In this document: one piece after another, positions 47,511 through 57,009 of the stretch
Numbering within the stretch: position 1 is the stretch's first letter
Layout of the letters: each line of letters begins with the position of its first letter
Source of the DNA: Candidatus Latescibacterota bacterium
GTDB taxonomy: Bacteria; Latescibacterota; UBA2968
DNA: 64,000 bases
Direction: 5' to 3'
Assembly (NCBI GenBank): GCA_965222605.1
Contig: OZ244960.1
Location: 1,088,001 to 1,152,000 of the forward strand
The notes under the pieces: generated by a model
Databases searched by the model: none
Seen by the model: only the letters and a program-made list of their open reading frames with translations
Told to the model about the DNA's origin: nothing
Made by a program: the position numbers and the translations under genes

Positions 47511-48755
47511 CTACATTATCTCTTTATTTTCCAGCGGTCGAGGCCCCAAAACCAGTAATGTACCAGGTGTTGGGGGAAAAGTTTCAATATATTGCGGAAT
47601 CTGACCGAGGGTAACGGCATCAATACCGGCGGCAATTTCGTCAATCGTTCGCACGCGGCCCTCGAGAAATAAGTCTTCGATAACGCCACCAGCGCGGCCC
47701 TCGGGCAAATCGCCAATAGTAAAAAGGCGTCCCTTGAGCACTGTTTTGGCACGAATGAGTTCTTCAGTGGTGACATCGCGGCGCAATCGCGCGAGTTCCG
47801 ATTGACATACATCCAGGGTCTCCTGAGCGCGATCAGCAGTGGTACCTGCATAAACAGCCATCAGACCGCCGCCGCGGTATGCCTGATAAAAAGCCGACAC
47901 ACTATACGCCAGGCCGCGTTTTTCGCGGACCTCTGTAAATAATCGGCTCGATCCACCGCCGGAAAGAATGGCGATGGCGAGTTGTCCAGCGTAATAGAGG
48001 TCGTGACCTCTTGGAACACCACAAGAAAGCAGACAAATATGGGCTTGTTCCGATGGCTTTTCGTGATGTACACTGCGGTCGGCAACAGAAATGGGATGGA
48101 CACCCTCGCTGTCCGGTGATTCGCCTGTCCACCCGCCAAAAACATCGCTAACAGTCTCGATCACAATTTCCGCATCCAGACCGCCTGCAACCCCAATGAG
48201 CAAATGGGCTGGCCTGCAATGTGCATCCCAATGGCGGCGAACGCCCGCAGGTGTAATAGCCGATACTGTATCGGGTTCGCCGAGGGGGATTCTACCCATC
48301 GGTGAGCCAAGCCCCGCCTTATAGGTCATATACATGGCCTGTTGTATGGGGTTGTCCTCCATGCGTTTGAGTTCCTCAAGGGTGATGGTCTTGGCGATTT
48401 CGACCTGGTCACTGGGAAAAGACGCACTGCGAAAAAGTTCGGCATAAAGTTCAAGTGCGGGTTTGAATTTGTCGGGCAGGACTTGTGCAAAAAAAGAGGT
48501 ATGTTCGACAGAGGTCGAAGAACTGCGCCTTATACCAAGACCGTCAAAAGCGTCAAATATAGCGCGGGCGTCATGCCTGGGCGTACCCTTAAAAAGAACA
48601 TCTTCTGCAATGCGCGTAATGCCCAATCTGTCGTTGGGATCGTCTTTCGCACCAAAAATAAAACGAAATGAAACAACAAGCGATTGCGCGCCGGGCATGG
48701 GTTCGGCCACCACGCGAATCCCATTGTCGAGAGTATAAATTTGTGGCTCAGACAT
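47511..48755 (-). CDS. M16 peptidase, non-catalytic subunit
   Basis: HxxEH replaced by RIAED; SSRLFTEVREKRGLAY retained. Start MSEPQ. Confidence 0.88.
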   Translation of the reverse strand: MSEPQIYTLDNGIRVVAEPMPGAQSLVVSFRFIFGAKDDPNDRLGITRIAEDVLFKGTPRHDARAIFDAFDGLGIRRSSSTSVEHTSFFAQVLPDKFKPALELYAELFRSASFPSDQVEIAKTITLEELKRMEDNPIQQAMYMTYKAGLGSPMGRIPLGEPDTVSAITPAGVRRHWDAHCRPAHLLIGVAGGLDAEIVIETVSDVFGGWTGESPDSEGVHPISVADRSVHHEKPSEQAHICLLSCGVPRGHDLYYAGQLAIAILSGGGSSRLFTEVREKRGLAYSVSAFYQAYRGGGLMAVYAGTTADRAQETLDVCQSELARLRRDVTTEELIRAKTVLKGRLFTIGDLPEGRAGGVIEDLFLEGRVRTIDEIAAGIDAVTLGQIPQYIETFPPTPGTLLVLGPRPLENKEIM

Positions 48756-48774
48756 TGTGGTCCTCAAATAAAAT

Positions 48775-48835
48775 GTAGGGGCTGTGCCTCTGTGACCGCC
48801 CAAAGAATGCAGGGGCGATATCTCTGCGCTCGCCC
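48775..48835 (+). repeat. tandem pair of GTAG-type REP-like sequences
   Basis: GTAGGGGCTGTGCCTCTGTGACCGCCC and GCAGGGGCGATATCTCTGCGCTCGCCC. Confidence 0.55.
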
Positions 48836-48919
48836 AATCGGTTTTTCATGTAACAACAAGAATATATATTGTCAATAGATATTGTGACACTTATCCCCTT
48901 TCAGGAGGTCATCATCTTC

Positions 48920-49894
48920 ATGAACGTCAAAGTTGAAAATTTGCGTGCGTTATGCCAGTCTATCCTGACCGATCGCGGACTCGACGCGGCTGACGCGCAT
49001 ATTGTGACAGATATTTTGATTGAAGCCGAATTGCGCGGGCGTTCAACACACGGGATGATCCGCTTGCCCGGCATTGTCGAGCGCGTATCTCAAAGTAATC
49101 AATCACCCATGGTCGTAGAAAAAGATGCGCCGGTTTATGCTCTCATCAATGGACGGGATAATCTGGGCTATCTGGTAGCACATCGGTGTGCGTGCACCGC
49201 AATTGACAAAGCCAAACAGAGTGGGGTGGGCATTGTGGGCGCGCGCGACACGAGCCACAGTGGGATGCTGGGCTATTACGCCTCAATGATAGCCGATGCG
49301 GGACTGATCGGACTGGTTATGTGCAACACAGGCCCGCGCATTGTCCCCTGGGGCGGGCAGCAGCCCGTGCTTGGAACAAATCCCATCGCGGCGGGATTTC
49401 CCGCAGCAGAAGGCCAGATACTGGTCGATTTTTCGTGTGCGGCGATTACCAATGGCGAAATATTGATGGCACTCAAAGACGGCAAAGAAATTCCCGCAGG
49501 ACGCGCATTGGGACCAGATGGCAAGCCTACAACTGATCCCGAGCAAGCGCGCGCAGGCGGGGCATTGCCCTTTGGCGAACACAAAGGATATGCTTTGAGT
49601 GTGATGATTCAACTCTTTTCTGGCGTATTGCTCAATGCTGCACCCGTGCCTGAAATGGGAAAAAATTATGGAATTTTTATGCTGGCTATCGATCCTGCAA
49701 TTTTCTTGGGAATGGACATCTTTCAATCGGGCGTTGGCGAAGTCATCTACACCATTAAAAATTCAATGCCCGCAGAAGGCGTAACCGAAATTTTGATCCC
49801 GGGCGAACGCGCGTTTAGAGAACGCGCGATGCGGATACAGTCGGGTGTGGATATCGACGATGAATTAATAGAAGAACTCCAGCAATTAGCGTAG
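48920..49894 (+). CDS. Ldh_2 family oxidoreductase
   Basis: ELRGRSTHG, LGTNPIA, HKGYAL, IPGE. Confidence 0.92.
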   Translation: MNVKVENLRALCQSILTDRGLDAADAHIVTDILIEAELRGRSTHGMIRLPGIVERVSQSNQSPMVVEKDAPVYALINGRDNLGYLVAHRCACTAIDKAKQSGVGIVGARDTSHSGMLGYYASMIADAGLIGLVMCNTGPRIVPWGGQQPVLGTNPIAAGFPAAEGQILVDFSCAAITNGEILMALKDGKEIPAGRALGPDGKPTTDPEQARAGGALPFGEHKGYALSVMIQLFSGVLLNAAPVPEMGKNYGIFMLAIDPAIFLGMDIFQSGVGEVIYTIKNSMPAEGVTEILIPGERAFRERAMRIQSGVDIDDELIEELQQLA

Positions 49895-49911
49895 AGATCA
49901 CCTCTTTACCC

Positions 49912-49940
49912 TTGACAGCCCGAATGGGGTTGGCTACCTT
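49912..49940 (+). promoter_or_regulatory. sigma70 promoter of the dap operon
   Basis: TTGACA-17 nt-TACCTT immediately before the riboswitch. Confidence 0.7.
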
Positions 49941-49948
49941 TCCGTTCC

Positions 49949-50136
49949 GCAAGGGTAGAGGCGCGAGCGATCATCAGTATGCGGCACAAGAGGCGAAACG
50001 GGATACTGCTCCACTGTGCCGACAAAAAGGGATCGTTCGCCGAAGTCCTGACCTGTTTCGCCGCAGGGCAGGGCTGGTTCAGTGAATAATATCTGCTGAA
50101 CTGTCACGGGAAAGGTTTCCGTGGAGTGCTCTCTTG
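49949..50136 (+). ncRNA. lysine riboswitch (L-box)
   Basis: AGAGGCGC...AGTA...AAAGGG...GCCGAA...CTGTCAC...GTGGAGTGCT in canonical order, upstream of dapA. Confidence 0.9.
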
Positions 50137-50160
50137 TTCGCGAGATTTTCTGCTGTGCTT

Positions 50161-50201
50161 AGCGTCTGGCGATACCCTTGAGAAGCCGGCGCTTTTTTTT
50201 T
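50161..50201 (+). terminator. riboswitch attenuator terminator
   Basis: AGCGTCTGGC...GCCGGCGCT plus T-tract between the aptamer and dapA. Confidence 0.75.
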
Positions 50202-50227
50202 GCAAAGTGCAGAAACTGGAGGTTTTT

Positions 50228-51256
50228 ATGTTAGAAGGATGTCATACAGCGTTAATCACACCCCTGACTGCTGACCAGGCCCTGGACCAGGACGGTCTGG
50301 AAAAACTGGTAGCATTTCAGATTTCTGAAGGGATTGACGGCCTTTTGGCCTGCGGCACGACGGCTGAGAGTCCAACCCTGAGCAGTGATGAACAAAGTTT
50401 GATTACGCGCGTGGTGTGCAGCCAGGCCAGAGAGCAGTGCCGTGCCATTGGGGGGGCGGGCAGCAACTCGACGGCAAAAACCTTAAAAGCGGCCGAATAC
50501 GCCGCGCAAGTGGGTGCGGACTCCATCCTGCTCGTCGATCCCTATTACAACGGGCCGAGTTCTCTGGAGATTCGCAAAGAATACGTCGAACCCGTAGCCC
50601 GAGCATTTCCCGAATTGGACATGATACCCTATGTCATACCCGGCCGGTCCGGCACGAAATTGCTCCCGGAAGATCTCGGCGTCTTGTCTTCCGAATACAA
50701 AAATGTGAATACCGTAAAAGAGGCCACAGGCGATTTGGACAACATGGCGCGCACCCGCGAATGTTGTGGCGATGCGTTCTCGATCATGTCGGGTGACGAC
50801 GACAAAACATTTGACATGATGACCATCGGCCAGATTGACGCCGCGGGCGTAATCAGCGTAATATCCAATGTGGCACCCGGGCCTGTGACAAAAATGGTAC
50901 ACGCTCTCCAAAGCGGGGATATGGACGAAGCGGACCGCCTGCACGCCGCATTGAAGCCCTTATTTGGGATGGTCGGCGTTGTGTCTGAAGAACAAACACC
51001 TTATGGTGTGACAGAAGTCAAGGCGCGCAATCCATTGCCGATAAAAACCCTGATGAATATTTTGGGCATGCCAGCCGGGCCGTGCCGCCAGCCATTGGGA
51101 AAAATGAATCGCGCCGGACTGGATATCGTGCTGGGCATTGCCCGCGAAGTACAGGCCAATAGCCCAGAGGTATTTGCACCCGTAGCGTCATTTTTTGGTA
51201 CAGACGTGGCGCAACGCCTGAACGATGATTCGGTAATAGAAGGACTGGCTTACTGA
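50228..51256 (+). CDS. dapA: 4-hydroxy-tetrahydrodipicolinate synthase
   Basis: TALITP, CGTTAESPTL, PYYN, VKEATG. Confidence 0.93.
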   Translation: MLEGCHTALITPLTADQALDQDGLEKLVAFQISEGIDGLLACGTTAESPTLSSDEQSLITRVVCSQAREQCRAIGGAGSNSTAKTLKAAEYAAQVGADSILLVDPYYNGPSSLEIRKEYVEPVARAFPELDMIPYVIPGRSGTKLLPEDLGVLSSEYKNVNTVKEATGDLDNMARTRECCGDAFSIMSGDDDKTFDMMTIGQIDAAGVISVISNVAPGPVTKMVHALQSGDMDEADRLHAALKPLFGMVGVVSEEQTPYGVTEVKARNPLPIKTLMNILGMPAGPCRQPLGKMNRAGLDIVLGIAREVQANSPEVFAPVASFFGTDVAQRLNDDSVIEGLAY

Positions 51257-51276
51257 TAGTTTTTTTGGGAGCAATT

Positions 51277-52083
51277 ATGATTAAGGTGGGTATCTGTGGT
51301 ATTGCCGGGCGGATGGGACAGCGAATATCTCATCTGACCCTCGAAGCCGAAGGATTGGATTTGGGCGGCGGTGTCGAATTTGCAGGTCATCCCGTAATCG
51401 GAAAAGACATTGGCGAAGTCATAGGCGTTCCTCTCAAAGGTATATCAGTAGTGGATACGGTCGAGGCGATGGCGAACAATGTCGATGTAATCACGGCATT
51501 CACCGCGCCCCCCGACCCGACAGTTGTCGCAGCAGAAATAGCGGGACGTGCTGGTGTGCCGATGGTCATTGGCACAACGGGTTTGTCTCCCGATCAGGTA
51601 GAGACCATGACACAGGCCCTGAAAAATGTCGCCTGTGTATTTGCGCCCAATTTCAGCGTGGGAGTAACGGTGCTGGTACAACTCGTAGAAGAAGCCGCGC
51701 GCATTCTGGGCGGCGATTACGATGCAGAAATCGTCGAAGCACACCACCGGTTTAAAACCGATGCGCCTTCGGGAACAGCTTACGCACTGGCCGAAGCCGC
51801 AGCAAGGGGATTGGATCGCAACTTGCAAGAGGTGGGTGTATATGGTCGCCATGGCGATACGGGCGCGCGGACACGCGAAGAAATCGGCGTACACGCCATT
51901 CGCGCCGGCGATATTGTCGGCGAACACACAATCATGTTTGGGGGCATTGGAGAAACCATCGAACTCGTCCATCGCGCTCAAAGTCGCGATACATTCGCCT
52001 CCGGCGTGATTCGGGCCATCCCCTTTGCCGTCGAAGCCGACCCGGGGATGTATGACATGCGCGATGTATTGGGATTGAGGTGA
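51277..52083 (+). CDS. dapB: 4-hydroxy-tetrahydrodipicolinate reductase
   Basis: GIAGRMG, EAHHRFKTDAPSGTA, RAGDIVGEH. Confidence 0.95.
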   Translation: MIKVGICGIAGRMGQRISHLTLEAEGLDLGGGVEFAGHPVIGKDIGEVIGVPLKGISVVDTVEAMANNVDVITAFTAPPDPTVVAAEIAGRAGVPMVIGTTGLSPDQVETMTQALKNVACVFAPNFSVGVTVLVQLVEEAARILGGDYDAEIVEAHHRFKTDAPSGTAYALAEAAARGLDRNLQEVGVYGRHGDTGARTREEIGVHAIRAGDIVGEHTIMFGGIGETIELVHRAQSRDTFASGVIRAIPFAVEADPGMYDMRDVLGLR

Positions 52084-52123
52084 GAGAAAGGTAAGACGTA
52101 AAACATAAAAGAGGAGGAAGTTC

Positions 52124-54031
52124 ATGAGTGTTGATGTGCATGCGGCATTTGATGCCGGACAAACCCTTGCTGTGGCAGATCGGATTTTGATTTCACCACA
52201 GGCGGGTTCTTTGCAGAGCCGCGTAGATGAACTCTTAGACGCAATTACAAATAGCGGGGCCTCTGGCGATTTGATTTGCAGAACATTGGTTCAGCTGGGC
52301 ATGAATTTTGTCGGACGCGATGCCGAGATTGTTGGATATGGTGCTGATGAAATAGACGCAGCACTCGACAATGTGTTGGGCGCGCTCGATAATTTGGAAG
52401 GCGATCACGCCACAGGTGTTGTAAATGGCTTTTTGGCCGACATGAAATCCGTGAATCTGGCCGATAGTCTTTCGGGATTATTGGCCGAGCGGATTGAGTC
52501 AAACCTGGACGCTGGCAATCCCGCCCGATCATTTCTGGAATTGCTCAAAGCCAATATGCGCGGCGGTGTGTATTGGCAAATGATCGGTGAAAATGTCTGT
52601 AAATTTGGCAATGACTTTGCGCGAGGTCTGGAGTACTTGCGACACTATGGCTTCTGTCAGGTCTCCACAAACCCGGTATTGGCTGCCAAAGCATTTGACG
52701 AAGATCCCTCGCTGGACGATGAACTCAAATCAGAGATCGCCAGACACGAAGAGTGGAAGGCCGATCCCGAAAAATATGCCGATGACATTGTAATGGCTGC
52801 CACACTGATTGCGCTGTGGCCCAATCTTTCAATCTTTCGGCCCCTGGCGATGCACACGGGACTAAAAGACTACATGGTGAGTTTTCAACTCAATCCCAAT
52901 ATCGCAGATCAGGCCGATGCCAGCATTGAAGATGCGCGCAACGCATATCGCATTGCCGATGATTATTTGAAAGGATATGACAAATTATTGGGCGTCAGTA
53001 ATATAACCCTGGATCCCAATATCGTATTCAAGGTCGGCGGTGGACACGAAGCCGCACGAAAAATCACGACCGTACTCAACAGCGAAGGCATTGGCACAAA
53101 TAACACAGTCGTTTACACAGTTGCCCAGGAAGTGCAACTCGTCATCGATGCATTTGAGGGCAAAGCCAGAGCGGCGCAGGCGGGTAAGCAAGTGGTGAGA
53201 ACTTATGAAACGAATATGGGAGGGCGGTTTGTAAGCCATTTGCGCGAAGTAGAAGCCGAAAAACTATTCGGCGCATTATCAGAAGATCGCGCCAGTGAAT
53301 TGCTCGCCGAACTCGCTTCTGATCTGGAAGTCGATATACCCGAAGGGACATTGGTCGAACAATCGACTGAAATATGTTCTTATGCCCACTTGAAATCGCT
53401 GGATCATCCGGTAATCTTAAAAGTTGCCGAAGCGGCCGGTCAGTCTTCAGAGGCAATTGTGCAACTCGAAGCCGATCTAAAAAAAGCGGGAACGGTCATT
53501 GCGCGGCGCGTACATTGGATTTTTTACGCGCCTGAAAATCGCCCCAAATGGGTTGCCTACTTGTCGGACACCTACGGTTTACCAGAAGATCAGGCACAGT
53601 GGATTTTGGCGTCAATGGATGTGTTGCCCGCGTCCAAGCGCGTTCCCGATGACACGCTTCACGCACTGGGCGAAAATATGTGCCATACAGAATTTCCCAA
53701 TCATCAACGCGCCGTTCAACTCGTCTCAGAAGAACCCGATTTTGACCTGGACGAACTCAGGGGATCAATCGGTCATGAATACGAACCCGGCGTGGCACAG
53801 CGACTTTATGAATTGCCCGATTTTCAGAAGGGCTACGATCTGACGCCCTCGCTGAGGGATTTTCTCGAGAACGAAGTTCAAATTGATCTGAGTGGCTGGC
53901 AGACGCGGGGCATGGAACCCGGTGACTGGCCCGAATTTGGATCGGTTCAAAAAACCACCACTGAGTTCAAAGCCGCGTATGACGCATTTTTGGTGCGGTG
54001 TGTTGACCTGGCCAAAGAAGTTACTGGATAG
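52124..54031 (+). CDS. long transaldolase-family protein
   Basis: VSTNPVL, VSFQLNP, NIVFKV (Schiff-base Lys), GIGTNNTVVYTVAQ, GRF; 635 aa. Confidence 0.75.
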   Translation: MSVDVHAAFDAGQTLAVADRILISPQAGSLQSRVDELLDAITNSGASGDLICRTLVQLGMNFVGRDAEIVGYGADEIDAALDNVLGALDNLEGDHATGVVNGFLADMKSVNLADSLSGLLAERIESNLDAGNPARSFLELLKANMRGGVYWQMIGENVCKFGNDFARGLEYLRHYGFCQVSTNPVLAAKAFDEDPSLDDELKSEIARHEEWKADPEKYADDIVMAATLIALWPNLSIFRPLAMHTGLKDYMVSFQLNPNIADQADASIEDARNAYRIADDYLKGYDKLLGVSNITLDPNIVFKVGGGHEAARKITTVLNSEGIGTNNTVVYTVAQEVQLVIDAFEGKARAAQAGKQVVRTYETNMGGRFVSHLREVEAEKLFGALSEDRASELLAELASDLEVDIPEGTLVEQSTEICSYAHLKSLDHPVILKVAEAAGQSSEAIVQLEADLKKAGTVIARRVHWIFYAPENRPKWVAYLSDTYGLPEDQAQWILASMDVLPASKRVPDDTLHALGENMCHTEFPNHQRAVQLVSEEPDFDLDELRGSIGHEYEPGVAQRLYELPDFQKGYDLTPSLRDFLENEVQIDLSGWQTRGMEPGDWPEFGSVQKTTTEFKAAYDAFLVRCVDLAKEVTG

Positions 54032-54080
54032 GCATAAGGCAGATAGCAGCGGGGATGAGGCCGTTCCCCCAGAATTCGTA

Positions 54081-54650
54081 TTACTTATCCCCGCTTTTCA
54101 TCTGTGCGTCTAAAATAGCACCTATTCCTTCCCGATTCTCGACGCGTACAAAATACGATTCTTCGTGCCCTTCTGCCGAAAGCACCATCACATCCCGCAT
54201 ATTTTCGCCGCTCTCATCCCTCTGTTGCTCCAATCGCCACATCATCACATATTCTGTTCCCGGATCGCGTTGCCAGGGCACCAGGGGATCTACATCAACC
54301 AGCTTTCGAGGTTCTGCCCCACTAAAGTCTGCGCCTGTAGCAGTATGCACGGTAAACTTAATCTGTCCATTGCGCGTATCGTAAACCACCTGCCCTTTTT
54401 CCGAAAAATTTCGTTGGATATGAGGCTCCATCACCGCCAGTGAATACGTACTGTCGCTGAGCACGAGAATTGTAATTTCTCGCTCCAGATCATCTTCTCC
54501 ACGCCGCCCGGTCTCGCTCCCTGCATACATAAACCAGGCGCCCATTGGCGTGTCCAATTTTTGTCGCGTCCCAATCTGCTCTTTCTTCTTCTGCTCGCCA
54601 GCGCATCCAGCGATCAGACACAATAATACCACACCCAATACCTGTTTCAT
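54081..54650 (-). CDS. hypothetical lipoprotein
   Basis: MKQVLGVVLLCLIAGC lipobox; RBS GGAGG. Confidence 0.75.
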   Translation of the reverse strand: MKQVLGVVLLCLIAGCAGEQKKKEQIGTRQKLDTPMGAWFMYAGSETGRRGEDDLEREITILVLSDSTYSLAVMEPHIQRNFSEKGQVVYDTRNGQIKFTVHTATGADFSGAEPRKLVDVDPLVPWQRDPGTEYVMMWRLEQQRDESGENMRDVMVLSAEGHEESYFVRVENREGIGAILDAQMKSGDK

Positions 54651-54720
54651 AAACCCTCCATATATAAAAGCGGCCCAAACAAAAATTTGGACCGCTCGCC
54701 TGTTTTCCGTGTAATGTACA

Positions 54721-55875
54721 CTACCCTCCAAATGCTTCTCTAACGCGATCAAAAAAACCTTTTCCACCCTCTGGCGGCTGTATGTTTTCCAATTTGGCAA
54801 GCCTGGCAAACAACTCCTCTTCCTCCCGGCTCAATTTTGCCGGCGTCCAGACCGCCACGCGCACGAGTTGATCGCCCGTGCGATATCCATCCAATTCGGG
54901 AATGCCCTTGCCTCGCAATCTAAAAATTCGCCCCGATTGTGTACCCGCAGGGATCTTCATACTCACGCGACCGGTCAGGGTTGGCACTTCTATATCTGCC
55001 CCCAGAGATGCCTGGCTAAAACTGATGGGCAAATCGTACACAATATCGTTACCGTGTCTTTCAAAATATTCGTGTTCTTCTTCTTCGACAAAGACCATAC
55101 AATCGCCCGCTGGTCCGCCATTTGGCCCTGCATTGCCCTGCCCCCGCAACGGAATATAATTGCCTTCGGAAATACCCGCGGGGATATTGACCGAAAGATC
55201 CTTTTGCTTCTTCACTCGCCCCTGCCCCTGACAACTGCCACATCGCTCCCGCACCACGTTCCCACTGCCATTGCACTGCGGGCAGGTTGTGACATTGACA
55301 AACTGTCCAAACAGGGAGCGCGTGGCCTGCCGAATCTGTCCCACGCCACCACACATATCGCATGTTACGGGCGCACTTCCCGGTTTTGCCCCAGCACCTC
55401 CGCACGTATCACAGGTTTCCAAACGCGATAGCCGAATGGTTTTTTGAGCGCCCTCGGAAATCTCCTCTAAGGTCAAACTAATCGAAATCCTCAAGTCCTC
55501 ACCGCGATTTGACCGCCGTGGGCTGCGCCGGCCAAACAAATCGCCAAAGATACCTCCGCCAAAGATCTCATCCAGATTGGAAAAAATATCTTGAAAATCA
55601 CCGGCGTGCGAAAAGTCTGACCACTGAAAGCCACCGCCCCGGAAGGTACTGCTAACACCTTCGTGCCCAAAGCGGTCATACGCCTGTCGCTTTTGTGCAT
55701 CCATCAGCACTTCATAAGCCTCGGCGCCTTCTTTGAACATTTCCTCTGATTGTGGATTGTCCTTATTGCGATCCGGGTGATATTTCAGCGCGTGCTTGCG
55801 ATAAGCCTTCTTAATCTCATCTTCTGAAGCCCCGCGATCCACCCCCAGTATTTCGTAATAATCTCTTTTGGCCAT
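54721..55875 (-). CDS. dnaJ: chaperone DnaJ
   Basis: J-domain HPD, G/F region, four CxxCxGxG repeats. Confidence 0.96.
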   Translation of the reverse strand: MAKRDYYEILGVDRGASEDEIKKAYRKHALKYHPDRNKDNPQSEEMFKEGAEAYEVLMDAQKRQAYDRFGHEGVSSTFRGGGFQWSDFSHAGDFQDIFSNLDEIFGGGIFGDLFGRRSPRRSNRGEDLRISISLTLEEISEGAQKTIRLSRLETCDTCGGAGAKPGSAPVTCDMCGGVGQIRQATRSLFGQFVNVTTCPQCNGSGNVVRERCGSCQGQGRVKKQKDLSVNIPAGISEGNYIPLRGQGNAGPNGGPAGDCMVFVEEEEHEYFERHGNDIVYDLPISFSQASLGADIEVPTLTGRVSMKIPAGTQSGRIFRLRGKGIPELDGYRTGDQLVRVAVWTPAKLSREEEELFARLAKLENIQPPEGGKGFFDRVREAFGG

Positions 55876-55935
55876 TGACCTTTCCCATCGACAAACATGT
55901 AAAAAGAGCCGCACAGTTGCGACCCTGTTCATAGT

Positions 55936-56595
55936 CTAACTTTTGTCTGCTTCCTCGCCCCCTTCCGGGGTCTCCTGTGTGGGTTTGCCCTGGCTTACCA
56001 CCACTTTGGCCGGACGCAACACCTTATCGCCCAGGCTATATCCTTTTTCAATCTCATCTGAGACAATACCGGCATCGTGAATTTCCGATGGCATTTGCAT
56101 CAATGCTTCATGCACAGTAGGATCAAATGGTTTGCCAATCGTCTCAATTTCTTTCAAATTGCGATTGTAGAGCACGCGAGGAAATTGCTCCATAATCATT
56201 TTTATGCCTTCTTGAAACCCCTCCGACTCTGTATCCCCATTTTCGCTGTGTGCCAATGCGCGACCAACACCATCTAAAATGGGCAATAAATCGCGAATCA
56301 CATCTTCGCTGGCAGATTGTACAAGAGTCTCAAATTCTCGCGCCCTGCGTTTTTTGTAATTTTCAAACTCAGCGGCGAGGCGTATCCACCGATCTTTGTA
56401 CATTTCGGCTTCTTCGCGGGCCAAAAATAATGGGGTAGCCTCTATCTTCTCCTTTGGCTCCTCCAACTGATCGGCCTCACCATTAACTTCATCTTTCGCC
56501 ACCTCTGACTCTACCTCCTCCACATCTGTATCTTCAACTTCCACAACTTCTTCTTCCAACGGTGGTTCTTCTTTTTTTTCTTTCTTATGCGCCAT
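55936..56595 (-). CDS. grpE: nucleotide exchange factor GrpE
   Basis: RLAAEFENYKKR, FDPTVHEA, GYSLGDKVLRPAKVVV. Confidence 0.95.
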   Translation of the reverse strand: MAHKKEKKEEPPLEEEVVEVEDTDVEEVESEVAKDEVNGEADQLEEPKEKIEATPLFLAREEAEMYKDRWIRLAAEFENYKKRRAREFETLVQSASEDVIRDLLPILDGVGRALAHSENGDTESEGFQEGIKMIMEQFPRVLYNRNLKEIETIGKPFDPTVHEALMQMPSEIHDAGIVSDEIEKGYSLGDKVLRPAKVVVSQGKPTQETPEGGEEADKS

Positions 56596-56704
56596 GATTT
56601 TTCAACAACTCCTCAAAAAATGTCGCAGGAGACCCCTGATGAAAGCGCGAGGATGAATGTGCGAGCACGCGAGCACGCGGTCATGAATGCGACGATTAAA
56701 ATGA

Positions 56705-56733
56705 TTGACACACCGCAAAAATGTGAATATCCT
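56705..56733 (+). promoter_or_regulatory. internal sigma70 promoter of the mini-element
   Basis: TTGACA-17 nt-TATCCT. Confidence 0.65.
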
Positions 56734-56739
56734 ACTATT

Positions 56740-57009
56740 CACAGATTCCAGAAGTTCTGCACGAAATACCCTATCTCCAGTGCAGGTAAAATCTGTATGG
56801 TCAAGCCACAAATATAAGGTGGTTTGAATATAATGACCTGTCTGTATTGACAGGTATCTGGGTTATCCCAGTAGTGGGTGTCCGGCGCACCCCGCAGTCT
56901 TGGCTTAATCGCCATACGGTCTGCAAAGCCGCAAGTTCTCGAAAAGTAGTCCCTGAAGTTTAAGGGCTACCTCCGGAATCCTGCGACTTTAGTCGTGGGA
57001 GCACGTCGA
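56740..57009 (+). ncRNA. candidate structured RNA (omega-RNA-like)
   Basis: At least eight consecutive hairpins from the predicted transcription start to the IS right-end hairpin. Confidence 0.55.

Larger units (their letters stand above)
56622..57009 (+). mobile_element. non-autonomous IS200/IS605-type element (PATE-like) without tnpA/tnpB
   Basis: Left-end-like GTCGCAGGAGACCCCTGA...GAATGCGAC and right-end-like GGAATCCTGCGACTTTAGTCGTGGGAGCACGTCGA; no transposase ORF between them. Confidence 0.7.
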
